DNA of 64,000 nucleotides, taken from the UHGV virus genome UHGV-0222911; one strand, 5' to 3'. This document shows positions 28,324-39,007 of this stretch, piece by piece. Origin of the DNA: a virus. The position numbers and the translations under genes were made by a program. Every line of letters starts with the position of its first letter. Position 1 is the stretch's first letter. The notes under the pieces were generated by a model, which ran no database searches, was not told the origin of the DNA, and was given only the letters and a program-made list of their open reading frames with translations.

Positions 28324-30301
28324 AGGTCGTAAATTGAAAGAGGCTGGTCAGTTTGTTGGTCATTGCGCATGTCCACGTTGTGGTTCATCAGATGCTGGTT
28401 CAATCTACCACCATGACGATGATTCATATTCGATGACTTGCTTTAGTTGTAATAAAGGTTTTCCAGAGTGGGATTTTGATAAAGGACAAATTGTGAGCAC
28501 TTATTCTACTGGTTCAGATAATAAAAACCGTACTTTCCGTGGAATGGATTTAGACGATGTAAAAGAAAACCTTGAAGCAATGGACTTGAAAGACAGGAAG
28601 ATTCCTGCAAAAGTTCTTGAGCGTCTCGGTATCAAGGTTGACATTGACAGTGACGGTGAAATTGATGCACATTTCTATCCGACTTACAAACGTAATGAAG
28701 ATGGCAAACTAGAACATGTCGGCTACCGTGTTCGTCACCGTTACCCAGAAGACCATCCAAAAGAACACCTACGTGGTAAGCTAAAAGACTTCTCAGGTGG
28801 TGTTGGAGACATTAAAGGTGAACTGGCAATGTTCGGTTCATGGATTGCTCCAGAAGGTGGTAACCGTCTATTCATCTGGGAAGGTGAGATGGAATGTGCG
28901 ACAGCAATCTATATGACTTCTCTTGCGATTAAGGACAAGTCTCGTCGTAAGAATTACTGTCACGTATCTGTTCCATCGGGTGCAAACATTAAGTCTATCA
29001 AAGACAACTATCAGTACATCACATCATTTGATGAGATTTACTTGTGCTTTGATAACGATGAAGCAGGTGCTAAAGCTACCAAAGAGGCTGCTGGTATCTT
29101 ACCTATTGAGAAGGTTCGTTTGTTCCAGTATCCAGAAGGTGTAAAAGACCTTAATGAATGGTGGACAAAGTTCTATAAAGAGAAAGATACAGTTCTGGAA
29201 GGATTTAAGCAGCGTATCTACAACGCACCTCGTTATTGCCCTGCTGGTATCAAGAACTTTGCAGATGGTTTTGAGGCAATGAAGAATCGTGGTCAGATTC
29301 CTTTGATTCCTTTCCCAGAATCTTTCGGGGATTTGAACAGACTAACTTACGGTGGTTATGGTTTAGGAGAGATTACAACTCTGGCAGCACCATCTTCAGT
29401 AGGTAAATCAGCTTACACTCGTGAGATGATTTACACTGCTTGGAAAGAAACTGATTATAATATCGGTGTAATTCCTGTAGAAGATACTTACGAAGAGCTT
29501 ATGGAAATGCTCTGTGCAATCCACCTGAGCAAGCAGATTTCTGAGATTCCTTATGACGAACGTGATTGGGATGAACTAAAAGGGGCACACGCCGAGCTTT
29601 CAAAAGGTCGTCGCATCCATATCGTTGACCATCAAGGGGCAATTGACCAAGATAACCTGCTGGAGTTTGTTGACTATCTTGTTAATAGTTTAGACTGTAA
29701 GATTATCATTCTTGACCCTATTACGTTGGCTCTGTCACGTTCTGATACGGATGAAGAGGAAGTCTTGTCTGAACTACTGCGTCGTTGCAAACGCTACCAG
29801 TATGCACAGGTGAACGTCTGTCACGTTCGTAAGAGTGCAGGTGGTCAGAAAGCTAACTCTGAAGGTGGAGATATCTCTGAAGAGGACATTAAAGGTTCTG
29901 GTGCGTATTTCCAGATTTCCATGAACAACATTCTGTTAATGCGTAACAAGGTTGACCCAGACCCTGTTAAGAAAAACTTGACAAAAATCAAGTTAACTAA
30001 GTGTCGTCGTCATGGTAAGTCAACAGGTATTGCTGGTCATACTTGGTACAATCCAGACACAGGACGTCTTATCAAAGCTTCTGGATGTGGTGTTGACATT
30101 GATGGTGCAGCAGAAAATATCCGTCAACAGTTTGGTATTGGTGAAGCTGAAGACCATTATGACGACTCTTTACCTCATTATGAGGATGAAGTGTTTGACC
30201 GTGAGACTGGTGAAGTCTATACTGAAGAACAGCGTCAAAGCTCAATGATTCCACCTGTATTAAGCGAGGATGCAGATGACTGCCCATTCGAAACTGAGTG
30301 A
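28316..30301 (+). CDS. DNA primase/helicase (T7 gp4-like)
   Basis: N-terminal Zn ribbon CPRCGSS...CFSCN, TOPRIM-like EGEMECAT/DNDEAG, Walker A APSSVGKSAYT, Walker B IIILDP; start at Met after GAGGTG SD. Confidence 0.85.
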   Translation: MSKGRKLKEAGQFVGHCACPRCGSSDAGSIYHHDDDSYSMTCFSCNKGFPEWDFDKGQIVSTYSTGSDNKNRTFRGMDLDDVKENLEAMDLKDRKIPAKVLERLGIKVDIDSDGEIDAHFYPTYKRNEDGKLEHVGYRVRHRYPEDHPKEHLRGKLKDFSGGVGDIKGELAMFGSWIAPEGGNRLFIWEGEMECATAIYMTSLAIKDKSRRKNYCHVSVPSGANIKSIKDNYQYITSFDEIYLCFDNDEAGAKATKEAAGILPIEKVRLFQYPEGVKDLNEWWTKFYKEKDTVLEGFKQRIYNAPRYCPAGIKNFADGFEAMKNRGQIPLIPFPESFGDLNRLTYGGYGLGEITTLAAPSSVGKSAYTREMIYTAWKETDYNIGVIPVEDTYEELMEMLCAIHLSKQISEIPYDERDWDELKGAHAELSKGRRIHIVDHQGAIDQDNLLEFVDYLVNSLDCKIIILDPITLALSRSDTDEEEVLSELLRRCKRYQYAQVNVCHVRKSAGGQKANSEGGDISEEDIKGSGAYFQISMNNILLMRNKVDPDPVKKNLTKIKLTKCRRHGKSTGIAGHTWYNPDTGRLIKASGCGVDIDGAAENIRQQFGIGEAEDHYDDSLPHYEDEVFDRETGEVYTEEQRQSSMIPPVLSEDADDCPFETE

Positions 30302-30710
30302 TAGTTATAAAAGAGAGGGGTTTATACCCTTCTTTGAAGAAAAAAGTTTAAATGAATTTCAGGAAGAGTGTTTGACAAAGGTTGATAGGTTCTATAGAAT
30401 GCTCTACATGAAATGTGATGGAGGCGTTGAGGTAGAAGAAAAGTTCCATCACAGCATAATCACAGTCACTATTACTATACCTAAACATAATATTGGTTGG
30501 CTGTTTGTAATAAAAGAAAATGTGTTTGAATATCAAGTATATCGGAGAATATCATGAAACACTCTAAAGCATTTGAAAAAGTTTTTGGGGATTCCTTAAA
30601 AGCCACTGCTGGAAAACCAGCAAAATACTATGAAGAGAAGCGTGTAAGAACTGGAAAAACTGCACGTAAAGCAGCTTCTAAAGATAAGCACAACTTCCAG
30701 TAATTAATGT

Positions 30711-30739
30711 TTGACAATAGAGTATCAACAAATTAGAAT
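30711..30739 (+). promoter_or_regulatory. consensus sigma70 promoter upstream of SSB-like gene
   Basis: TTGACA - 17 nt - TAGAAT. Confidence 0.6.
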
Positions 30740-30775
30740 TGGTACTCTTCATAAATTGAGATAGAGGTTTAAATA

Positions 30776-31633
30776 ATGTCTAAAGTTGTTAAAATGAAAG
30801 CTCCGGTAGAGAAGTACAATGGTACTGAACGTCAAACTCTGCGTTACCTTCTGAAAGATGTTTGGTTTTATTACCTGAACACTTCACCACGTCCGGGGAA
30901 AGGTAAATCCATTGATAAGAAATTCCCAGGCAAAGACTGTAACTACAGTGTTTCAATTCTGGCAGAAGATGGTAACAAACTGTTTAAAGAGTTTACTAAG
31001 TCTAAGAAAAACCCAGAAGGTTGGGATAAAGTTACTACTGAAGCAGTTGATGCAGATGACTTCGAAGAGAAGTTTGGTTGCAAACCACCATTTGAAGCAG
31101 ACACTTACTACATCTTGAAAGTAAGTCGTGCAGCAGCTTATAAAGATGGTGCTGTGTGGACAGCTAAACAGTCATTCCCTGTAATGCTGATTGAAGAAGT
31201 AAATGGTAAGCGTGTAGCTGTTAAACAGCCGATGAAGAAAATCAAAGCTCAAGCATCTGACAAACATGAAGATGACAAGAACTATGATGTAATTCATCCA
31301 GATATTGCAGTCGGTAATGGTTCTTTTGGTAGTGTGATTCTTTCTACTCACTTCTACACTTTTGAGAACAATGTCCTGACAAAACCTATTCAGGAACAGT
31401 TTATCATTGACACCCTTGTACCTTACACTGGTGGTAACGGTGCTAACGGTGAACCTGAACTGGATGAAGACGAACTGGCTATGCTTGGTCTTGACGGCGT
31501 TGAAGATAACGGCGAAATCACTGAAGAAGATGCAAAAGACCACAAACCTTCGAATGATTCTGATGATGGTGACGATGAAGACTTGCCAGACCCAGACGAC
31601 GAAGAAGATGAAGACTTCGATACAGAAGACTAA
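30776..31633 (+). CDS. single-stranded DNA-binding protein candidate
   Basis: 285 aa; extremely acidic C-terminal tail (DEDLPDPDDEEDEDFDTED); follows primase-helicase as in T7-like replication modules. Confidence 0.45.
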   Translation: MSKVVKMKAPVEKYNGTERQTLRYLLKDVWFYYLNTSPRPGKGKSIDKKFPGKDCNYSVSILAEDGNKLFKEFTKSKKNPEGWDKVTTEAVDADDFEEKFGCKPPFEADTYYILKVSRAAAYKDGAVWTAKQSFPVMLIEEVNGKRVAVKQPMKKIKAQASDKHEDDKNYDVIHPDIAVGNGSFGSVILSTHFYTFENNVLTKPIQEQFIIDTLVPYTGGNGANGEPELDEDELAMLGLDGVEDNGEITEEDAKDHKPSNDSDDGDDEDLPDPDDEEDEDFDTED

Positions 31634-31652
31634 TCTTTAAAAAGTTACTTTA

Positions 31653-31682
31653 AAGCCCTGTACTTAGTATGGGGCTTTTTCA
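31653..31682 (+). terminator. hairpin + T-run
   Basis: AAGCCC ... GGGCTT stem followed by TTTTT. Confidence 0.45.
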
Positions 31683-31696
31683 TATGGAGAGTCACA

Positions 31697-32737
31697 ATGG
31701 AGAAGTACACGCTAACAAAACTTCCCGATTCAGTTACACATGTCTTTATTGACTCTGATAGTATTGCCTATAAAGGTGCTTGTGTAGTTGAGAAAGCAAA
31801 ATATAAGTATGTCAATAAACTCACAGCAGAAGAATCTGAACCATTTGATAATGCAAAAGATGCGGCAAGATGGTTAGCAGACCAGAGAATCCTTGTGGAA
31901 GAACTTGGCCTGACATTTGATGAAGATGAATGGGAAAGACAGACTTGGAAAGAAGCTAAGAGTGAAAAAGAAGCTATCATGGCTACTCAGCAGGTTCTTC
32001 AGGAATGGCTTAAGGTTGTTGGTAAAGAAAGAACTTGGGTAGGTTACTTAACAGAGAAGGGTGTACATAAACATAAAGACATTAAAGGTCTTGAGCACCA
32101 ATATCAAGGTAACCGTAAAGAGGCTGTCACACCAACACACTTAGTTGCTTGTCGCGAATATCTTCTGTCAAGACCAGAGTTTAAACTCTTAAAGGGTGGC
32201 TTCGAAGCCGATTCCATCGTAATTGCTAAAGCTGAAAAGATGGGTAAGAAGGCTGCTCTTATGAGTATTGACAAAGACCTTCGACAAGCTGAAGGTACTT
32301 ATTGTATTGATATGACTTATGAAAAGTCACCACTAATTTTTATTGCTGACAATAATGTTGGTGATATCTGGGATTGTCCTATCAAATCAAAACCAAAAGC
32401 TGCAAAAACAGTTGGTGTAGGTTTTAAATTTTTGTGTTATCAGGCTGTTGCTGGAGATAATGCAGACAACTACTTCGGCCTTAAAGGTGCTGGAAAAGTA
32501 GCTGTGATGAATGCTTTAGAGGGTAAAGAGACCTATAAAGAGTGTCTTGATGCTATCTATGAACTCTATGCTAAAAAAGAGTCTTACACCTATGTGTCAT
32601 GGGATGGACAGACTGTTACCAAAACACCATTAGAGTTAATGGAACAACATTTCTGGATAGCATATCAAGAGAGAAATCCAAAAGATAATTTCTCTTTTAA
32701 GAAATATAATTGGGAGCCGTGTATGAATGAAGATTAA
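31697..32737 (+). CDS. 5'-3' exonuclease / flap endonuclease
   Basis: N-terminal HVFIDSDSIAYKGA and H3TH-like AGDNADNYFGLKGAGKVA (cf. GDxSDNIPGVxGIGxKTA). Confidence 0.7.
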   Translation: MEKYTLTKLPDSVTHVFIDSDSIAYKGACVVEKAKYKYVNKLTAEESEPFDNAKDAARWLADQRILVEELGLTFDEDEWERQTWKEAKSEKEAIMATQQVLQEWLKVVGKERTWVGYLTEKGVHKHKDIKGLEHQYQGNRKEAVTPTHLVACREYLLSRPEFKLLKGGFEADSIVIAKAEKMGKKAALMSIDKDLRQAEGTYCIDMTYEKSPLIFIADNNVGDIWDCPIKSKPKAAKTVGVGFKFLCYQAVAGDNADNYFGLKGAGKVAVMNALEGKETYKECLDAIYELYAKKESYTYVSWDGQTVTKTPLELMEQHFWIAYQERNPKDNFSFKKYNWEPCMNED

Positions 32738-33224
32738 AGGATTTGGCAATTGTCCCACCTATGGTCATTGGGTATCTTTGTGTGGGGAAGTTGACCCCAC
32801 TAAACATTTTGGTTTTGTCTATTTAGTATACTGTAAGAAAACCGGACAATATTATATCGGAAAGAAACAACTTAATAGTGTGACCAAAAGAAAAGTTGCT
32901 GGCAAGACTCGGAAGAAGGTAGTCACTAAGGAAAGTGATTGGATGACTTATGAGACTTCTTCTGAGTATATTAAAAAAGATATTGAGAGCTTTGGAAAAG
33001 AATTTTTTGACTTTTACATTATCCAGACCTACTGCACAAAAGGTGGGCTAGTTTATGGTGAAGCAAACCTTCAACATAAATTCGATGTAATGACAAAAAG
33101 GATTGACTCTAAGCTCAGACTCTTCTACAATGCCAATATTGCAGCAATTAAGTTTATTACTAAAGAAACTTATGAAGATGCTGAAAAAAGAATCCATAAG
33201 GTAATGAAAGCAAATTGTGCTTGA
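32727..33224 (+). CDS. GIY-YIG endonuclease-like protein
   Basis: 165 aa; FVYLVYCKKTGQYYIGKK resembles GIY-x(10)-YIG motif. Confidence 0.35.
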   Translation: MKIKGFGNCPTYGHWVSLCGEVDPTKHFGFVYLVYCKKTGQYYIGKKQLNSVTKRKVAGKTRKKVVTKESDWMTYETSSEYIKKDIESFGKEFFDFYIIQTYCTKGGLVYGEANLQHKFDVMTKRIDSKLRLFYNANIAAIKFITKETYEDAEKRIHKVMKANCA

Positions 33225-33230
33225 TAACTA

Positions 33231-33494
33231 TTGAGAGAGAATAAAATGTTTAACAAAAGTAAAGCTGTGAGTCATGTAGCAAAAGTTGACAGCAAGATTG
33301 AAGAACTTGGGCGCATTCTTGCAAATGCCAGAGAGTCAATAATTAGAGAAGTTGAAGCTGTTGAATCTCAAATGCAGCACCTAATGCTTAAACGTCAAGA
33401 GCTACGTGAGCATCTGGAATATATTGAAACACGAGAGCTAAAGGTTAACAGATATTTTAAGGAGTCCAAATGTTTAACTCAAGAGAATCAGTAA
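33231..33494 (+). CDS. hypothetical coiled-coil protein
   Basis: 87 aa ORF. Confidence 0.3.
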   Translation: MRENKMFNKSKAVSHVAKVDSKIEELGRILANARESIIREVEAVESQMQHLMLKRQELREHLEYIETRELKVNRYFKESKCLTQENQ

Positions 33495-34225
33495 AAAACT
33501 GGAATCTTCGTTGTGGGAACACTCAAAAGCAACCTTACAGTAATGAGTATTGGGAATCTTTGAAATCTCAATCTCTATGTATGCTTGAAGAAGCAAAAGA
33601 GCTTGTAAAAGCAATTGAAGAGAAAGACCCCATTGAGACACTTGATGCTCAGGCAGATTTGCAATATGTCCTTGACGGTTTGATTTACCTGTCACAACAT
33701 GACCATAATGGTGCTATGGAAGCTGTTTGCCATAATAATGACCTGAAGTATACAGACGACTATGAAGAAGCTTTAAAGCGTCTTGCAGATATTGAGAAGC
33801 GTACTGGTCAAGAGTGTATCATCAGAATGTCAGTAGTTGATGGTAAAGAGTGGTATGCGATTGTTCGTGCAGCCGATGGGAAGATTATGAAGCAATCAAA
33901 TCTCCCTAAAGTACAGCTTGGTGAATACATTGTAGAGCTTGAAAGCCAAGAACTTTTTGTGGTAGTATCTGAGACATGCGTTATCTGCAAAGGTATTGTA
34001 TGTAGCTTAAAGGATTTGGGTGTAGATGGTTTTGTAGAAGTTAATCCAATTACCTCTAAAGCAGATAAAGATTTCTGTAAAGAGAATGGACTATGGATTG
34101 CAGATATTGTCTACTATGATGGTGAGCAGTTCCATGTAACCTCATACCCGAAACTGAATTATGATGCTAATAACCTGAAGTGCTGGTTAAAAGGGGTTGG
34201 TTATAATGGATTCACAGAACATTAA
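33470..34225 (+). CDS. hypothetical protein (possible MazG-like NTP pyrophosphatase; weak)
   Basis: 251 aa; helical N-terminal segment with EEAKELVKAIEE...DLQYVLDGL pattern; weak. Confidence 0.3.
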   Translation: MFNSRESVKNWNLRCGNTQKQPYSNEYWESLKSQSLCMLEEAKELVKAIEEKDPIETLDAQADLQYVLDGLIYLSQHDHNGAMEAVCHNNDLKYTDDYEEALKRLADIEKRTGQECIIRMSVVDGKEWYAIVRAADGKIMKQSNLPKVQLGEYIVELESQELFVVVSETCVICKGIVCSLKDLGVDGFVEVNPITSKADKDFCKENGLWIADIVYYDGEQFHVTSYPKLNYDANNLKCWLKGVGYNGFTEH

Positions 34226-34529
34226 TAAAGAAGGTGTGGCTCAGAAGAGCCACTTCTCAAACTACAATATTTCTATGACGGTGTTTATGAATGACCCGTT
34301 ACTTGAGAAGTATGGTGAGACTCCAGATACACTTCTGGATAATGAACAAGTTTTAAAAGCAGTCCTGTACAAATACGGGATTGATATTGAGAAAGAGTAT
34401 TCTTTTGAAATCTGTCAACACAGGAATACTTTTGGTAAAGTTGTAATGGCTCCACTCTTCATGGGTGTAGAAAGAACTGACTATGGTTGGTTATATCTAA
34501 AAAGAAACTTGGAGAAATACCGTGTCTAA
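34197..34529 (+). CDS. hypothetical protein
   Basis: 110 aa ORF. Confidence 0.3.
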   Translation: MVIMDSQNINKEGVAQKSHFSNYNISMTVFMNDPLLEKYGETPDTLLDNEQVLKAVLYKYGIDIEKEYSFEICQHRNTFGKVVMAPLFMGVERTDYGWLYLKRNLEKYRV

Positions 34530-34854
34530 AGCAAAAAAGTTATCTTATGATGACATTATCTCAGGTGCTAAACTAGGTGTTGATAGTATCGGACAAGATG
34601 TTAAGCACGGAGACACAGTTATGTACTGTGACGACCGAAGAGGCAGAAGTGCAATCTTGTTTGGAAGAGTTGTTTGCAAGATGCGAGGTAATTACGTTGT
34701 TGAAGACATGAATGTGGATGTCACAAAACAGCTTGAAATAATTATGAATAGTAATATATCATGGTTCGTCAATTGTATGCACACTTCGTCAGTCACAAAG
34801 GTAAGTGATAAGTTTTACGATATGTGGCAGAATGAGCAAATTTTCAAGATTTAA
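34522..34854 (+). CDS. hypothetical protein
   Basis: 110 aa ORF followed by terminator. Confidence 0.4.
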   Translation: MSKAKKLSYDDIISGAKLGVDSIGQDVKHGDTVMYCDDRRGRSAILFGRVVCKMRGNYVVEDMNVDVTKQLEIIMNSNISWFVNCMHTSSVTKVSDKFYDMWQNEQIFKI

Positions 34855-34860
34855 ACTAGG

Positions 34861-34884
34861 GAGCCTCTTCGGAGGCTCTTCTCA
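34861..34884 (+). terminator. UUCG-tetraloop hairpin
   Basis: GAGCCTC TTCG GAGGCTC followed by TTCTCATCT. Confidence 0.45.
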
Positions 34885-34900
34885 TCTGTAGGATTCAAAA

Positions 34901-37135
34901 ATGATTAAGACAATTAAAAAATCAAACGGTACAGTAGTAAGCTTTGACCCAGAAAGACTGAATAAGTGGGCATCATGGGCAGATAAGCGTGGAATTATCT
35001 GGTCAGAAGTCACTATGGAAGCTATGAAGCGTGTCTATGAAGGTTGCACTACAAAAGAGATGCACCAAGCTATGATTGATGTTTGTGTTGATAAACAAAC
35101 TCAAGAGTACTCAGACATGGCTGGACGGCTACTTCTGGGTATTATCTACAAAGAAGCCTTTGGAGGCTTTACTAAGGTTCCTACGCTGGTTACCTTCGTT
35201 AAAAATATGGAGAGAGCAGGACTTTGGGAGAAGATGGATTATTCACAGGAAGAACTTGAATACCTGCAAGGCTACATCGTGCACTCAAAAGATATCTCTT
35301 ACGGCTATGCAGTGTTGAAACAGTTCAGAGATAAATATGGTATCCGTGATATTAAAACGGGAAGACTTTTTGAGTCACCACAATTTATGTTTATGGGTAT
35401 GGCTATGAAAGCCTTTGAGAAGCAACCAAAGCACCGTAGACTGCAAGATGTTATTAAGCTGTACACTTACCTATCTGACCTGAAGATTAATGCTCCTACA
35501 CCTTATCTGAATGGTTTACGTGCTACTAAGTCAGGTTATGCGTCATGCTGTTTGATTAAGGCAAATGATACTGCTGAGTCACTTGGTATTGCTGCAAAGG
35601 TTGCTTATGATATGACTACGAAGCAAGCTGGTATTGGTATGCTGATGGAGACCCGTACTATTGGTGATGGTATCCGTCAAAACACTATCGAACACATGGG
35701 TAAACTACCTTATTACAAGCTTGTACGTTCATCTGTAGAGGCAAATAAACAGAAGAGTCGTGGTGGTTCAGCTAACAACTTCTACACCGCTCTAGACCCG
35801 CAGATTGAAGATTTACTACGTTTGAAGCACCCTACAACGGTTCCTTCTAAACGTATTAACGAGATGGACTACTCATTTGGTACAAATGATTATTTCTGGC
35901 AGTGTGTTCAGTATGATACAGATTGGTTGCTATTCTCTTACAAAGATGCACCAAAACTTTATGATATGTTCTACACCGCATCTGCTGATGAGTTTGCTAT
36001 GGCAGTTGGTCACGCAGTACATGCAGGTGTTAAGCACAGACGAGTAAAGGCTCGTGAAATTGCTAAACTGTTTATCCAGCAGCGTTATGCAACAGGTCGT
36101 GTGTACCCATTCTTCACAAACAATGCAAACACACATACACCATTTAAAGAACCTTTGAAGATGTCAAATCTTTGTATGGAAATTGTATTGCCAGTATATG
36201 GCTTTGAGAAGGAGACAGACCTTTACAGAGACGATGCTGTGAAAGAGGATGGTGAGGTAGCTCTTTGCTTCCTAGCTAGTTTGGTTGCAGGGAGAATTTC
36301 AGAAGATGAATACGCTGACGTTGCTTATTATGCTCTTGCAATGGTTGATTCCGTTATTGACCTTATGGATTATCCGTATCCGTCGATGCGTAACCATGTT
36401 CAGAAGCGTCGTTCTGTTGGGATTGGCCTTACAAATGTGGCTCATTACCTTGCGAAAAACTACGTGAACTATTCTTCAAGAGCAGGTAAGACGAAGCTTC
36501 ATGAGCTTGCTGAAATGCACTCTTACTACTTACACGAAGCTTCTTTAAGACTTGCTAAAGAACGTGGTGTACCTGAGTATATGCAGTTCACTAAGTATCC
36601 TGAAGGATGGGTTCCTCCAAAGACAGCTAACAAGAAGATTGATGAGAAGCATGATGCAAAACTAAGATATGATTGGGATGACTTAGCACAACGTATCAAA
36701 GAAAATGGTGGCATCCGTAACTCTGTATTAGAAGCTTACATGCCTAACGAGAGTTCTTCGCTGGCGACTAATACAACTAACGGCTTGTACCCAATTCGTG
36801 ACTTTATTTTAACTAAAAAGTCTGCAACTGGTAACGTACTGTTTATTGTTCCAGATTATGAAGAGTTGAAGTATGTCTATGAAATTGCTTGGAATATTGA
36901 CACCTTTGACCTGATTGATTGTTATGCAATTGTTCAAAAGTTCACTGGTCAAGCTATCTCTTCAGATTTCTATGTTGACTACGCAAAAGCTAAGAAGGTA
37001 TCATTGGCTCAAGCTTTGAAGTACATGATTTATGCCAACTCGGTAGGTATGAAAACCATGTACTACCTTAACAGTCGCATTGGTGTAGGTAAATCTGCAC
37101 TGCAAGATGCTTATTGCGAGGGTTGTGGTGTTTAG
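34901..37135 (+). CDS. nrdA: ribonucleotide reductase class I large subunit
   Basis: 744 aa; N-terminal ATP-cone (IKKSNGTVVSFDPERLNKW), C-terminal CEGCGV. Confidence 0.9.
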   Translation: MIKTIKKSNGTVVSFDPERLNKWASWADKRGIIWSEVTMEAMKRVYEGCTTKEMHQAMIDVCVDKQTQEYSDMAGRLLLGIIYKEAFGGFTKVPTLVTFVKNMERAGLWEKMDYSQEELEYLQGYIVHSKDISYGYAVLKQFRDKYGIRDIKTGRLFESPQFMFMGMAMKAFEKQPKHRRLQDVIKLYTYLSDLKINAPTPYLNGLRATKSGYASCCLIKANDTAESLGIAAKVAYDMTTKQAGIGMLMETRTIGDGIRQNTIEHMGKLPYYKLVRSSVEANKQKSRGGSANNFYTALDPQIEDLLRLKHPTTVPSKRINEMDYSFGTNDYFWQCVQYDTDWLLFSYKDAPKLYDMFYTASADEFAMAVGHAVHAGVKHRRVKAREIAKLFIQQRYATGRVYPFFTNNANTHTPFKEPLKMSNLCMEIVLPVYGFEKETDLYRDDAVKEDGEVALCFLASLVAGRISEDEYADVAYYALAMVDSVIDLMDYPYPSMRNHVQKRRSVGIGLTNVAHYLAKNYVNYSSRAGKTKLHELAEMHSYYLHEASLRLAKERGVPEYMQFTKYPEGWVPPKTANKKIDEKHDAKLRYDWDDLAQRIKENGGIRNSVLEAYMPNESSSLATNTTNGLYPIRDFILTKKSATGNVLFIVPDYEELKYVYEIAWNIDTFDLIDCYAIVQKFTGQAISSDFYVDYAKAKKVSLAQALKYMIYANSVGMKTMYYLNSRIGVGKSALQDAYCEGCGV

Positions 37136-37190
37136 TTTTAACAACTATGAGGGTCGTAAAAGACCCTCTAAAAATAACTTTGGAGAGACC

Positions 37191-37448
37191 ATGAAAGATT
37201 TAATAGAAAAACATGAGCGACCAATATACCTGCTCTACAAACCCCGCAAAACATTGTACTATGTGAGTAGCACAGGTATCATGATAAAGCAGAATGATGA
37301 CTTATGGGTCACTGGAGCCTCTTACATCTCTACAGCAGATGGTAAAATCTACGCAAGACCTTATGAGATGTTTAACAAAGAAAATTGGGAAGTTTTAGAC
37401 AGAAAACAAGCCTTAGAAATGATAAAGAAAGGAGAAATCACACTATGA
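37191..37448 (+). CDS. small protein between nrdA and nrdB
   Basis: 85 aa from ATG after GGAGAG SD (longest ORF starts 37107 inside nrdA). Confidence 0.3.
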   Translation: MKDLIEKHERPIYLLYKPRKTLYYVSSTGIMIKQNDDLWVTGASYISTADGKIYARPYEMFNKENWEVLDRKQALEMIKKGEITL

Positions 37449-38518
37449 TTAACCAGCACCCAATCTTTTTAGGTGGTGAGAGAAAAACTTTTGACTCACT
37501 TAATAAGCACTACCCAAAAATCTTTGAACTTTATAAACAACAAAAAGCACAAGACTGGTCAGAAGATGAGTTCCCTTTTGAACAATCACGTCTTGATTTT
37601 GAGAGTGTCCCAGCATCAATGTCAGGTGTAATGCTTGAGATTCTTAAGTGGCAATGGGAAGCAGATACTCAAGTTGCTAAGAGCTTGGCATTTGCCTTTG
37701 CACCCTTTATCTCTGATGACATCTATGCAACTGCAATTATGAAGCAGTCTGAGATTGAAAACCTACACGCTCTTACTTACTCAGAGATTGTAAGGCAATG
37801 TATTAAAAACCCTGAAACAATCTTAGATGAGATTAACCAGAATGTTGCTGTACAAGACCGATTAAAAACTGTGAATCGTGTTCTTGAAGAATTGCTGGAT
37901 GAAGGTATAAACTATCGACTGAGTTATGTCCGTGACTCACTTCTGGACAAAGACCCTTTACACTTCCATAAAGTGATTCTGAAAGGTCTATTTGCAGTGA
38001 CTGCACTGGAAGGTATATCTTTTATGGCATCCTTTGCATGTACTTTTGCACTTGATGCTCAAGATAAATTTCAGGGTATTGCTCAAGCTGTCCAGAAAAT
38101 TATGCTTGATGAAATCCTTCACACTAAAATTGATATTGAAGTTTTAAAAGAAACTTTAAGAGATGATGAGTGGCAAAAAGCTTTCCAACAAATTCTTCCA
38201 GAGATTAAAGTAATCTTAGATGAAGTAGTTGAAAGTGAAGAAAAATGGTCGTATTATATCTTCTCCGAAGGACGTGCTGTAGTTGGTTTAAATACAAAGC
38301 TTCTTCATGAGTGGGTTTACTATAATGCTGCCCCACTGTATGATATGTTTGGCATTCCCAGAGATTTTGTAGCTCCTAAAGAACCACCTTTGAAGTATAT
38401 GATTAAGAAGATGGAAATTGATAAAGAGCAGAATGCTAATCAGGAGCAACAGAACGGTGCGTATTTATTGAATACTGTTGTAGATGATTTGAATAGTGGA
38501 TTTTTAGAGGTTCCTTAA
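37445..38518 (+). CDS. nrdB: ribonucleotide reductase class I small subunit
   Basis: 357 aa from MINQHPIF; diiron-site-like segments (EGISFMASFA, LDEILHT); adjacent to nrdA. Confidence 0.85.
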   Translation: MINQHPIFLGGERKTFDSLNKHYPKIFELYKQQKAQDWSEDEFPFEQSRLDFESVPASMSGVMLEILKWQWEADTQVAKSLAFAFAPFISDDIYATAIMKQSEIENLHALTYSEIVRQCIKNPETILDEINQNVAVQDRLKTVNRVLEELLDEGINYRLSYVRDSLLDKDPLHFHKVILKGLFAVTALEGISFMASFACTFALDAQDKFQGIAQAVQKIMLDEILHTKIDIEVLKETLRDDEWQKAFQQILPEIKVILDEVVESEEKWSYYIFSEGRAVVGLNTKLLHEWVYYNAAPLYDMFGIPRDFVAPKEPPLKYMIKKMEIDKEQNANQEQQNGAYLLNTVVDDLNSGFLEVP

Positions 38519-38760
38519 TGACTTATATAATTTACTCCAAAACCGGATGCCCTCAGTGTGAGACTGCAAAGAATTTTGCGAAAGCTCGTGGTATTGGCCA
38601 TGTTGTGAGAATGTTAGGGCAGGATTATGAACTGTCAGACCTGATGGATATTGCACAGATGCCAGTTCGTCAGATGCCATTCATCATGAAAACTGACGGT
38701 CAAAACTTAAAACCTGTTGGAACGCTACAGAATTTTATGGCAGAGGTGAATAATGCTTAA
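38518..38760 (+). CDS. glutaredoxin/NrdH-like redoxin
   Basis: 80 aa; active site SKTGCPQCETAK (CxxC). Confidence 0.75.
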   Translation: MTYIIYSKTGCPQCETAKNFAKARGIGHVVRMLGQDYELSDLMDIAQMPVRQMPFIMKTDGQNLKPVGTLQNFMAEVNNA

Positions 38761-38959
38761 ACGCCTTTGGGAAGGTTTGGTTGTTGATGCACCAGCCATT
38801 GTGATTGGTATGCTTGTTGTTAACCTATTTACTGATTTTGAACAAGGTTCATTGTTTGGAGCCATGCTATTATGGGTTATCTTTGAAATATTAGAGATAC
38901 AGCTAGGCATCACTGAAAAACTAAGAAAACTCGTTTCAAAGTTTTCTAAAAAGATTTAA
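38753..38959 (+). CDS. small membrane protein
   Basis: 68 aa, two hydrophobic segments. Confidence 0.3.
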   Translation: MLKRLWEGLVVDAPAIVIGMLVVNLFTDFEQGSLFGAMLLWVIFEILEIQLGITEKLRKLVSKFSKKI

Positions 38960-38967
38960 AATGAAAG

Positions 38968-38988
38968 GGTCTCTTCGGAGACCTTTTT
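38968..38988 (+). terminator. UUCG-tetraloop terminator
   Basis: GGTCTC TTCG GAGACC followed by TTTTT. Confidence 0.55.
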
Positions 38989-39007
38989 AGCATGTAAAGG
39001 GGCAATA

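Noticed and set aside
30270-30703. ORF 30270..30557 overlapping the primase-helicase 3' end, and a 49-codon basic ORF at 30554..30703
   Set aside because: No convincing SD, strong overlap with a confident gene, no recognisable motif; left unannotated but either could be a real small gene
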